This document shows positions 48,251 to 58,070 of a stretch of 64,000 nucleotides of DNA, piece after piece. How positions within the stretch are numbered: position 1 is the first letter of the stretch; each line of letters opens with the position of its first letter. Source of the DNA: an uncultured Isosphaeraceae bacterium (GTDB lineage: Bacteria > Planctomycetota > Phycisphaerae > Phycisphaerales > SM1A02). Made by a program: the position numbers and the translations under genes. Below the pieces are notes generated by a model, which made no database searches, had not been told where the DNA came from, and saw only the letters and a list, made by a program, of their open reading frames with translations. The stretch spans positions 4,450 to 68,449 of the forward strand of contig CAZFZT010000001.1 of the NCBI GenBank assembly GCA_964523675.1, in the 5' to 3' direction.

Positions 48251-49008
48251 CGCTTGATGTACCTGCCGTAAATGCGAACAAGGTCGATCCCGACGATGAA
48301 GAAGTCGCTGTAGCGCAGTTTCGATCCCGCCACATCGCGCCAGACGAACAGCGGGTGTTCATAGATAATGTCGTGCGGCCGGGGCACGTTGTTGTTCGCC
48401 CCGGCGAGGCGCTTGGCGCGGGTGAGCCGCGCGACAAGTTCCACATCGAAGATCCATTTCGAGATGAACGGGTCCTGAAAGATGGACCTGACCAGTTCAG
48501 TCTGTCGAAACATCTTCGCGCCGCATTGCGTGTCGTAGATCGGTACGCGAATCACGGCCACCGCGAGCGTGGCGAAGATGCGGCCGACCCAGTGGCGAAC
48601 AAGATTTCGCTTTACAGACCGCCCGAGCAGATTCACGCGAGAACCGAAGATCATCTGAATATCATCGCGCTGATCGAGCAGATTGCGGAACACCCGAATG
48701 TCATCCAGCGGCGTCGCCAGGTCGGCGTCCCAGAACCCGGCATACGACGCGCCATCCTCGAATGCTCTCAGCATGCCAAGACGCACCGCCTCGGCCTTGC
48801 CCATGTTGCGCGGTAGACGGAGCGCGTCGAACGCCTCATTCTCGGACGCAAGTCGTTCGATCAATGTTCCGGTGTCGTCGGTCGAGCCGTCATCAACGAA
48901 AAGAAAGCGCACATCCGGCTCGCGCGCTGCGTACTCCATGAACGCGTCGGCGTCGAGGCGTTCCGCCTCGTTGTAGCAGGGAATGATGATGGTGGTTGGT
49001 GTCGCCAT
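48247..49008 (-). CDS. Family 2 glycosyltransferase (polyprenyl-phosphate sugar transferase-like)
   Basis: IIIPCYNEAERL, FVDDGSTDDT, NMGKAEAVR, DAD motif (WDADL). 4-nt overlap with the FkbM gene. Confidence 0.85.
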   Translation of the reverse strand: MATPTTIIIPCYNEAERLDADAFMEYAAREPDVRFLFVDDGSTDDTGTLIERLASENEAFDALRLPRNMGKAEAVRLGMLRAFEDGASYAGFWDADLATPLDDIRVFRNLLDQRDDIQMIFGSRVNLLGRSVKRNLVRHWVGRIFATLAVAVIRVPIYDTQCGAKMFRQTELVRSIFQDPFISKWIFDVELVARLTRAKRLAGANNNVPRPHDIIYEHPLFVWRDVAGSKLRYSDFFIVGIDLVRIYGRYIKR

Positions 49009-49089
49009 AAGCCGGTTGAGACGGGCGTCGATGATACGACGGCACCGCTTTATCGGCTCAATACGACGCCGCGCTGCGGGATGTGCGAA

Positions 49090-50169
49090 TCAGGATACGG
49101 CGGTGCGGCGTTCGTGCGAGGCCGCAAGCGGCTGCGTTGCCAAATCCAGCGCGAGTTCGATCGCGGCGGTCATCGATCCAGCACTCGCCTTGTTTCGCCC
49201 GGCAATGTTGAAAGCCGTGCCGTGGTCGGGACTCGTGCGAATGATCGGCAGGCCGATGGTCCAGTTGACTGCCTTGTCCCAACCGAGCAACTTGACCGGA
49301 ATCAGGCCCTGATCGTGGTACATCGCGACCACCAGGTCATATTCCCCGGCAGCTGCGTCAATGAAAATCGTGTCGGCCGGGAACGGGCCACGCGCATCGA
49401 TCCCCGCATCGCGTGCCACATTAATCGCCGGTTCGATCAGCCGGTGCTCTTCATCGCCGAACTGACCCGCTTCTCCGGCATGTGGGTTGAGTCCCGTCAC
49501 CGCGATGCGCGGCTTCGTGATGCCCAACCGCTTACATGCGTCGTTGCCCAAGTCAATCGGATCGAACACGCGGCCGATCGTGAGCAGATTGCGAATCTCC
49601 ATGAGCGGCACGTGCGTCGTGGCAAGAACGACCTTCAAGCGGGGCGAGACGAACATCATCGCATGGCGTTTGACTTTCGTCCGATGAGCAAGAAGCTCAG
49701 TGTGGCCCGGCCAGTTGAAACCGGCCATCTGCCACGATTCCTTGCTGATCGGCCCAGTGACAATGGCATCAAGCCGGCGCACATCACCGGGCTCGCGCAT
49801 CGCATCGCTGAGCGCCTCTTCGACGAACGTTTTCGACGCGAACCCGCCGCCTTTGGACGGTTCGCGCGGCGAACGCAGCAGGCCGTCGAACTCATCAAAA
49901 TCCAGCACCACAACGTTGTCGGTGATCGCGCGGTGGGTTCGGCTTGAATCGTGCTGCACGCGGAACCAGAACGGATCAAGTTCCTGCTGATCAGCTTCGT
50001 AGGTGAGCAGCTCGTTGAGGCCATAAATCACGAAGCGGGCTCGTCGCCTGAGGTGCGGGTCGGAAAGCGCTTTGAGCAGCACCTCTGGGCCGATGCCCGC
50101 AGGATCGCCCATCGTGACGCCAATAGTCGGCTTCGCGTGCTCATGTGCAGAATGGGCAGGTGTGGACAT
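49090..50169 (-). CDS. pdxA: 4-hydroxythreonine-4-phosphate dehydrogenase
   Basis: GDPAGIGPEV, GLNPHAGE.G.FG.EE, AMYHDQGLIP.K, RTSPDHGTAF.IAG...A. Confidence 0.9.
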   Translation of the reverse strand: MSTPAHSAHEHAKPTIGVTMGDPAGIGPEVLLKALSDPHLRRRARFVIYGLNELLTYEADQQELDPFWFRVQHDSSRTHRAITDNVVVLDFDEFDGLLRSPREPSKGGGFASKTFVEEALSDAMREPGDVRRLDAIVTGPISKESWQMAGFNWPGHTELLAHRTKVKRHAMMFVSPRLKVVLATTHVPLMEIRNLLTIGRVFDPIDLGNDACKRLGITKPRIAVTGLNPHAGEAGQFGDEEHRLIEPAINVARDAGIDARGPFPADTIFIDAAAGEYDLVVAMYHDQGLIPVKLLGWDKAVNWTIGLPIIRTSPDHGTAFNIAGRNKASAGSMTAAIELALDLATQPLAASHERRTAVS

Positions 50170-50360
50170 CCGTTCATCTTAGGTGTGCCATAGACGTGAA
50201 TCACGCTGAGGACCTGTTCTCCTTGATGGCAGTGATCGAGCAATAGCCACGTGGCGGAAGCCCGCGGTTGGGGTGCAGGTTTGCCGCGCTGGCGATTAAC
50301 GGCTGTCGGCACGCGGCTATTCTGTATGCTTCCACTCGCTGCGCCTCTTTCTTCACAGTC

Positions 50361-50858
50361 ATGATCTCACTCATCGTCGCCATGTCGGAGAATCGCGTGA
50401 TTGGCAAGGATGGCACGCTGCCATGGCACTTGCCGGGCGATCTTGCGCACTTCAAGAAGACCACGATGGGCCGGCCGGTCATCATGGGGCGCAAGACGTT
50501 CGAGTCAATGAAGGGGCCGCTGCCGGGTCGGGTCAACATCGTGGTGACGCGCAATCACACGTACAGACCGGAAGGTGCGATCGCCGTGCATGACCTGCGC
50601 GATGCAATCAAGCGCGCAGAGGAACTTGCCAGCGATGGCGGCGAACTCTTTATCCTCGGCGGCGCGGAGATCTATCGCCAGGTCCTGCCGCTCGCGGATC
50701 GAATGTACATCACGCATGTTCACACGACGGTCGAAGGCGATACGTATTTTCCCGAGTTCGACGCTTCGCACTGGCGGATCACCGAAGAAAGCAGTCACAA
50801 AGCGGATCAGCGGAACGCGCACGACTTCACCATTGGAACCTATGAGCGCGGCAGGTAG
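50361..50858 (+). CDS. folA: Dihydrofolate reductase
   Basis: MISLIVAMSENRVIGKDGTLPWHLPGDLAHFKKTTMGRPVIMGRKTFES..PLPGR.NIV. Trimmed to ATG 50361. Confidence 0.9.
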   Translation: MISLIVAMSENRVIGKDGTLPWHLPGDLAHFKKTTMGRPVIMGRKTFESMKGPLPGRVNIVVTRNHTYRPEGAIAVHDLRDAIKRAEELASDGGELFILGGAEIYRQVLPLADRMYITHVHTTVEGDTYFPEFDASHWRITEESSHKADQRNAHDFTIGTYERGR

Positions 50859-50967
50859 GAGAAGCGCTGAGGGCTTTGCAACTCGAAGTCCAGCTATGGC
50901 AGGTTGCTGTTCGGATCGGGCGGTATTCAGGTCCGAATCGCGGCGACCGGCGCGGTACACTTTCACC

Positions 50968-51930
50968 ATGCAGATGACACAACGTGAGACGGATAAAGCC
51001 GTCTATCAGACGAATCTATCGCTCGCCGGTCGGCGGCAGGGCAAAGTTCGGGACATCTACCAGACGCCTGCTTCGGAGACTTCGCCGCCACGTGTGTTGA
51101 TCGTCGCCACCGATCGAGTCAGCGCGTTTGATGTGGTGCTGCCGACGCCGGTGCCGGGCAAAGGGCGGTTGCTCACCGAGATCAGCACGAACTGGTTCTC
51201 GTTCATTCGCAGGTTGAACCTGATCGGCGATCACCTGATCTCAACTGAGCCAGAGGATGTGGCCGGCCTGCCGCGCGAGCAGTATGACGAAGTGCGCGGC
51301 CGCATGATGCTCGGCCGAGTCGCGAAGGTGATTCCTGTCGAGTTCGTCGTGCGCGGTTATCTTGCCGGCTCCGGATGGAATGAATACAGGCAGTCTCAAA
51401 GTGTGTGCGGCGTGAAACTGCCTGCCGGGCTGCGGCAGTGCGATCAGTTGCCGCAGCCAATCTTCACGCCCGCGACCAAGGCCGATGTCGGTCACGATGA
51501 GAACATCGACTTCGATCGCGCGGCTGAGATAGCAGGGCGCGAAGTGATGGAGCGTTTGCGCGAGGTTTCGATTGCGATCTACAACGCCGGTGCCGAGCAT
51601 GCAAGGTCGCGCGGCATCATTCTGGCAGATACGAAGTTCGAGTTCGGATATGCGCTTGATGAGAAGGGCAACCAGACTGACGAGATCATTCTGATCGATG
51701 AAGTGCTCACGCCGGATTCATCACGTTTCTGGCCGGCTGACGTGTATGAACCGGGTCGCGATCAGGAGAGTTTCGATAAGCAATACGTGCGGAATTATCT
51801 GTTGGGGTTGGTGGCTGCGGGGAAGTGGGATAAGACGTCGCCCGGGCCGGAGTTGCCAGCTGAGATTGTGCGAAATACATTGGCGCGGTACCGCGAAGCG
51901 CGGGACAGGTTGTTCTCGTCAACGCGGTAG
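50968..51930 (+). CDS. purC: Phosphoribosylaminoimidazole-succinocarboxamide synthase (long form)
   Basis: GKVRDIY, ATDRVSAFD, GKG.LLT.IS.WF, EFVVRGYLAGS, LADTKFEFG. Trimmed to ATG 50968. Confidence 0.9.
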   Translation: MQMTQRETDKAVYQTNLSLAGRRQGKVRDIYQTPASETSPPRVLIVATDRVSAFDVVLPTPVPGKGRLLTEISTNWFSFIRRLNLIGDHLISTEPEDVAGLPREQYDEVRGRMMLGRVAKVIPVEFVVRGYLAGSGWNEYRQSQSVCGVKLPAGLRQCDQLPQPIFTPATKADVGHDENIDFDRAAEIAGREVMERLREVSIAIYNAGAEHARSRGIILADTKFEFGYALDEKGNQTDEIILIDEVLTPDSSRFWPADVYEPGRDQESFDKQYVRNYLLGLVAAGKWDKTSPGPELPAEIVRNTLARYREARDRLFSSTR

Positions 51931-51963
51931 TGCGTACCGGTTCGATTGCAGCGGAACTGAAAC

Positions 51964-52809
51964 GTGATGAGCCCGCAGTCTGCAAAAATCTGTGTGGTCT
52001 GTGGCGAAGATTGCTCACATTCGCCGCGCGTGAAAGATCCTCGCGGCCGGTATTACTGCAAGCCGTGCTATGAATCGGCGCGCCAGGGCGGCAAGGAACA
52101 CAGCCGGCGTCATGACGACGAGGATGAGCGGACAACGTCATCAAACTGGGGCGGCTCACTACTTGATGATCTCGATGCGGAGGAGAGCAGTGCCGCATCC
52201 GGCAAGTGCCCCGAATGTGATGCAGCGCTGGAACCGGGCGCGGTGCTGTGCGTGAACTGCGGCTACATCCTCAAGGCGGGCAAGCACATCAAGTCCGAAA
52301 TCATTACCGATGAGGGTGCAGATCCGGCCGAGGCAGATGAGCCGCGATCGAAGTGGCCGATTGTGGTCGGCATCTTTTCGCTGATCTTCGCGGTATTCGG
52401 CGTTCTGGTGTACGGCGCAGGTTCATTCATGGCGTTGAAGAGCAGTCCGGCGGAGGCAGGCGGACCGCTTGTGTGGGCATTGGGCATCGTGTTGCAGCCG
52501 ATTCTGCTTGTGCTGAGCATCGGCCTTGGCGCCGTTGCGACCATGCTCATGAAGCGACGCGCCGCTGGAGCAGTATGGCTGTGGCGGTGGTCATGGGCCA
52601 AAGCGATCGCATCCCTTGCGTACGGAGCTTTCGTCGCCATGCAGATCTCCTCCGCGACCGATTTGCCGGATGAAGTGCGCTCTGTCGTTGCGATCGGGAC
52701 GGCGATCATTGTGCCGCTGGTGCTGCTCTGGATGCTCTTCTGGCCGGTATTTCTTCTGCCTTGGCTTCGGCGGACGCGAGTGCGCGAAGAAGTCGCGCAG
52801 TGGACCTGA
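51964..52809 (+). CDS. Zinc-ribbon membrane protein (hypothetical)
   Basis: Two Cys4 units (CVVCGEDC...CKPC and CPECDA...CVNCG) followed by about 4 TM helices. Confidence 0.55.
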   Translation: MMSPQSAKICVVCGEDCSHSPRVKDPRGRYYCKPCYESARQGGKEHSRRHDDEDERTTSSNWGGSLLDDLDAEESSAASGKCPECDAALEPGAVLCVNCGYILKAGKHIKSEIITDEGADPAEADEPRSKWPIVVGIFSLIFAVFGVLVYGAGSFMALKSSPAEAGGPLVWALGIVLQPILLVLSIGLGAVATMLMKRRAAGAVWLWRWSWAKAIASLAYGAFVAMQISSATDLPDEVRSVVAIGTAIIVPLVLLWMLFWPVFLLPWLRRTRVREEVAQWT

Positions 52810-52867
52810 CTTCGCCTTCGTGACGGAGATGAAGCCAAAGTGGCTGGAGAAAAATGGCTTCTCGGGC

Positions 52868-52912
52868 TTGACTTTCAGCAAAGTCCGCCGCATACTATGG
52901 AAGACCTAGTAT
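52868..52912 (+). promoter_or_regulatory. Putative sigma70-type promoter overlapped by a palindromic operator upstream of padR
   Basis: TTGACT (52868-52873), 17 nt, CATACT (52891-52896). Palindrome ATACTA (52892-52897) / TAGTAT (52907-52912) with a 9-nt spacer. Confidence 0.4.
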
Positions 52913-52966
52913 CATTGTCCATTGAGATCGATCGCCCTTACCTCTTACCGCTCATCAGGGGTATCT

Positions 52967-53335
52967 ATGCGAATAGAGCGCGAATTGATGAAAGGTGCTG
53001 GCCCTTTGGCGGTGCTGGAACTGCTTGAACGCCGACCTATGTACGGCTGGGAACTCATTGAGCAATTGGCGACCAAAGCGGGTGCCGTACTCAAGACGGG
53101 TCAATCGACGCTGTACCCAATGCTCTACAACCTTGAGGCCAAGGGGTTCATCCGCGCGACCTGGCGCGACGCTGACTCGGGGCGGCAGCGCAAGTACTAC
53201 GCGCTCACAGCCAAGGGGAAGAAACGCCTGAGTACGGAGATGAAACAGTGGCGAGCGGTGGCAGGGGCGATGAGCGCGATCGGCGCTTTGCCCGGCACTG
53301 AAGGTGAAGCCGCTGCGAAGGGAGCAATCGCATGA
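52967..53335 (+). CDS. PadR-family transcriptional regulator
   Basis: LAVLELLERRPMYGWELIEQL......GQSTLYPMLYNLEAKGFI......GRQRKYYALTAKG is a canonical PadR winged helix. Confidence 0.88.
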   Translation: MRIERELMKGAGPLAVLELLERRPMYGWELIEQLATKAGAVLKTGQSTLYPMLYNLEAKGFIRATWRDADSGRQRKYYALTAKGKKRLSTEMKQWRAVAGAMSAIGALPGTEGEAAAKGAIA

Positions 53336-55161
53336 GCGGGCGCGGCCCACGATCTTCTGATTCACGTGGTCTCTTTGCGCGGGCAGCACACACGCCGATG
53401 CGCGATTTCGCCCGCCTGCGCATCACCGGCCGGCTTGACATTGCGCAGATGATCGAAGAAGCCGAACTTCCCGCTTCGCTCGGCTCGATTGTGATGCAAG
53501 TTGTTCGGCGGACGCGGCTCTGGCGCATTGAGAGAGCCGATGTCGCGCGGGAATTGATTGCCCACTTTGCCGACGGTCTTGAAGCCGGCGCTTCGGCCGA
53601 GCAACTCGTGCGTGACTTCGGCGATACGCAGCAAGCCGCTGTGCTCATTCGACGCGCGAAGAAACGCAACCGTCCCGCATGGTGGAACACGGCCCGTTAT
53701 GGCATGTACGGCTTCGGCTTCCTGCTGCTCACATACGCCGCGTTGGTCGCTTACTTTGTGCTCGATCGGCCGCAGGTCATGCATGACTATGTTGCCGACA
53801 TCAACGCGGTAGCGGCATCAGCAACCCCTGAGGAACGCGGCTGGCCGTTGTATCGGGAGGGGCTGCTTGCACTTGAGCCGGTGCCTGAAGAATTGCAAGA
53901 TCACTGGCCGCATCCGCCGGAAGAATTGTGGCCGATTGCAGCAGAGTATCTGGAACGCAACAGTGAATCGCTCGACCTCTTTCGCCGGGCTGCAAGAAGG
54001 CCTGCGATGGGGCTGACCATCGGTTGTGAGGTCGCGCCGGAGGATCAGCCGCTCTGGCCTGACATGAAGTCGGACTGTGGCAGTGACGGCCTCATTGCAG
54101 TCATCATGCCCCACGTCGCAAAGATGCGCGAAATCGCCCGGTTGTTGGAGGTGGACAATAAACGGGCGGCGATGGATGGCGATGCTGAGATCGTGTACGC
54201 GAACCTCGTCACCATGTTGCGCCTTCCGACGCATCTCAAGGAGCATCCAGTGCTCATCTGCGACCTGGTGGCCTTCGCTGTGCTTGATCTGGCACTCAAG
54301 GTGATCGGCGAGCAGTTGCGCGACAACCCGCAGTTGTTTACGGACGATGCACTTGTGGCACTCGCACATGAGATCAGCAGCGCGGCAGGCGAAAGAACGT
54401 TGCGCATGCAGTTTGAAGGCGAACGTATGTTCTTCGCCGACTGGCTTCAGCGCAACTTCACCGATGATGGCGAGGGCGGCGGGAAATTGTCGCCGCACGG
54501 TCTGCGGAGTCTGGCGATGCTGGATTCGGGGTATTTCGATCTCGCCGACACTGAAATGCCGCTGAGCACGTACCTCGCAGCGCCTGTCGCTGGCTTCATC
54601 GTGGGCAACCGCCGTGACCAAATGGCGAAGTACGATGCGTTCTATGCAATGTTGGTCGAGGAAGCAGCAAAGCCGCTTTGGCAGCGGACCTATGCCGACT
54701 CCCCGGACCAGCGCGTTCAAGAGCTCGAGATGTCGATGATCCTGCGACTGCGATACTTGCCCATCGTTGTGCTGATGCCGGCCCTGTCGAATGCAAGCAT
54801 AAAGCCGCATCAGGTCGCACAGCATCGCGACGGGATTCTGACGGCGATTGCGCTGGAGTTGTATCGGCGGCGGCATGGCAAGTGGCCAACGTCACTTGAC
54901 GATCTGACGCCGCAATACCTGCCGCAGGTTCCGATTGATCGCTTCGACGGGAAACCGCTTCGTTATGTCGTTCGCGAAGGGCGGCCGATTCTCTACTCCA
55001 TCGGCACGAATCACAAAGATGATGGCGGGGTTGCGGCACTCGACCAGAATGACGTACCGCAACCGACCGCAGCATCACGATGGATGTCGGCCGAATCCGC
55101 CGTAGTGCGCGGTTCATCGGTGCCGCAAGGCGATTGGATTCTTTGGTCTCGCGAGAGGTAG
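53332..55161 (+). CDS. PadR-coupled membrane protein (609 aa) with a large extracytoplasmic domain
   Basis: 4-nt overlap with padR. N-terminal cytoplasmic helical region, one TM (YGMYGFGFLLLTYAALVAYFVL), long C-terminal domain ending in a pseudopilin-like ...ILYSIGTNHKDDGG. Confidence 0.6.
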   Translation: MSGRGPRSSDSRGLFARAAHTPMRDFARLRITGRLDIAQMIEEAELPASLGSIVMQVVRRTRLWRIERADVARELIAHFADGLEAGASAEQLVRDFGDTQQAAVLIRRAKKRNRPAWWNTARYGMYGFGFLLLTYAALVAYFVLDRPQVMHDYVADINAVAASATPEERGWPLYREGLLALEPVPEELQDHWPHPPEELWPIAAEYLERNSESLDLFRRAARRPAMGLTIGCEVAPEDQPLWPDMKSDCGSDGLIAVIMPHVAKMREIARLLEVDNKRAAMDGDAEIVYANLVTMLRLPTHLKEHPVLICDLVAFAVLDLALKVIGEQLRDNPQLFTDDALVALAHEISSAAGERTLRMQFEGERMFFADWLQRNFTDDGEGGGKLSPHGLRSLAMLDSGYFDLADTEMPLSTYLAAPVAGFIVGNRRDQMAKYDAFYAMLVEEAAKPLWQRTYADSPDQRVQELEMSMILRLRYLPIVVLMPALSNASIKPHQVAQHRDGILTAIALELYRRRHGKWPTSLDDLTPQYLPQVPIDRFDGKPLRYVVREGRPILYSIGTNHKDDGGVAALDQNDVPQPTAASRWMSAESAVVRGSSVPQGDWILWSRER

Positions 55162-55242
55162 GCGAAGGGGCAGAGGGGCGAGGGATGCCTTGCCTACAGC
55201 CGGCCTACAGCCGGCCAACAGCCAACAGCCAACAGCCAACAG
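55161..55242. repeat. Composite short tandem repeats upstream of guaB
   Basis: GGCGAAGG GGCAGAGG GGCGAGGG (8-nt period, 55161-55184). CCTACAGCCGG x2 (55193-55214). CCAACAG x4 (55215-55242). Confidence 0.85.
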
Positions 55243-55265
55243 CCCGCCGACTTACCGTTTGAGTC

Positions 55266-56889
<1,624 letters not shown>

Positions 56890-56968
56890 ATTGCTAGCAG
56901 CTAGTCCACAGGTCCATAGATCCTCGAAACCATACCGTTGATCTGGCAACCTGCAGTAGTCGGCCCTG

Positions 56969-56989
56969 CCGCCGTGGCTTCAACGGCGG
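56969..56989 (+). terminator. Weak terminator-like hairpin downstream of guaB
   Basis: CCGCCGT-GGCTTCA-ACGGCGG followed by GTGTTTG. Confidence 0.35.
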
Positions 56990-57112
56990 GTGTTTGAAAC
57001 ATCCACATCTCTTCATTGCCGGATTAGACTTCCACGGCAGCTCAAACTGCAAGCACGTCGTTGAAGGCCGGCTATAATGCCCGCTTCGCATTAATCAGCA
57101 GGAAGCCTTTCT

Positions 57113-57670
57113 ATGAAATCCACCGATCTGCGGCCGGGCATGGCCATTAAACTCGACGGCAATCTCTTTGTCATCACCCAGTTCCAGCATGTGACGCCGG
57201 GCAACCTGCGCGCGTTCGTGCAGGTGAAGATCAAGAATCTGAACAACGGCTCGATCATCGAGAAGCGGCTGCGCTCCGGCGAGGACATTGAGCGGATCGA
57301 TCTCGATCGCCGGACGATGGAGTACCTCTATTCCGATGCTTCGGGTCCAGTCTTCATGGACAATGAATCGTTCGAGCAGGTGACGCTCGATAAGGAACTT
57401 GCCGCGGATTACATGCCCTATGTGAAGCCGAACACACAGATTACGGTGCTGTTCGCCGACGGCAACCCGGTGTCGATCGAGTTGCCGCCGACGGTTGACT
57501 TGGAGGTCACCGACACGCCGCCCGGCATCAAGGGAGCGACAGCGACGAATCAACTCAAGGAAGCCACGCTGGAGACGGGATTGAAAACGCGCGTTCCGCC
57601 GTTCATTGAGATCGGCGAAGTTGTGCGCATCAGCACAGCAGACGGCTCGTACAATTCAAGGGCGAATTGA
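57113..57670 (+). CDS. efp: Elongation factor P family protein with a non-canonical loop
   Basis: Three-domain EF-P pattern. Domain III reads LPPTVDLEVTDTPPGIKGATAT....ATLETG..T.VPPFIEIGEVV. The beta3-beta4 loop reads HVTPGNLRAF instead of VKPGKGQAF. AGGAAG lies 8 nt upstream of the ATG and TATAAT at 57073-57078. Confidence 0.88.
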   Translation: MKSTDLRPGMAIKLDGNLFVITQFQHVTPGNLRAFVQVKIKNLNNGSIIEKRLRSGEDIERIDLDRRTMEYLYSDASGPVFMDNESFEQVTLDKELAADYMPYVKPNTQITVLFADGNPVSIELPPTVDLEVTDTPPGIKGATATNQLKEATLETGLKTRVPPFIEIGEVVRISTADGSYNSRAN

Positions 57671-57733
57671 TGCGTCCGAGAGGATGGCGGCTTGGATGTG
57701 GAGTGCGATTCGACCTCATCGCTCAAACGAGAA

Positions 57734-57758
57734 GCCCACGGCCGGGAAGACCGTGGGC
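57734..57758. terminator. Hairpin terminator between efp and the convergent tRNA-Ala
   Basis: GCCCACGG-CCGGGAAGA-CCGTGGGC followed by CTTATTCTT on the plus strand. It could serve both converging transcripts. Confidence 0.6.
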
Positions 57759-57789
57759 CTTATTCTTCAAGGCGCGGATGCCGTGATAG

Positions 57790-57862
57790 TGGAGCAGATG
57801 AGACTCGAACTCACAACCTCCTCGATGCGACCGAGGCGCTCTCCCAATTGAGCTACTGCCCC
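57790..57862 (-). tRNA. tRNA-Ala (anticodon CGC)
   Basis: The reverse complement GGGGCAGTAGCTCAATTGGGAGAGCGCCTCGGTCGCATCGAGGAGGTTGTGAGTTCGAGTCTCATCTGCTCCA folds as a cloverleaf with a G3:U70 pair. Confidence 0.95.
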
Positions 57863-58070
57863 TGAGCCAGGCCCGTGGGGGCTGGCGGGGAACCAGATCA
57901 TATCGTCTCTGCAACCGCTCATCCAGTGCCGGTCATTCAGTATGCCCCGTTCAGCTTGATCGGCCGGCGAGCCCGCTTCGGCTGGCGACCCCGAAACCCA
58001 TCGCATCGCCGCAGTAGTCGCCTCTCTGCTACACTGTCCGTCCAATTACCTAGTCAGAAGGATTCCATCC

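Noticed and set aside
50859-50967. ZTP/purine riboswitch upstream of purC, and a THF element upstream of folA (50170-50360)
   Set aside because: No recognisable conserved cores (e.g. the pfl motif CCGGGCGGA...CCGCCTGGGCA) were seen. A covariance-model scan would be needed to exclude them fully.
53818-54876. 352-aa ORF on the minus strand
   Set aside because: It is antisense to the PadR-coupled membrane protein gene. It is Arg/His-rich with no motifs.
55161-55242. CRISPR array
   Set aside because: The repeat units are 7-11 nt and directly adjacent, with no unique spacers. No cas genes are present. The same reasoning applies to the other periodic arrays.
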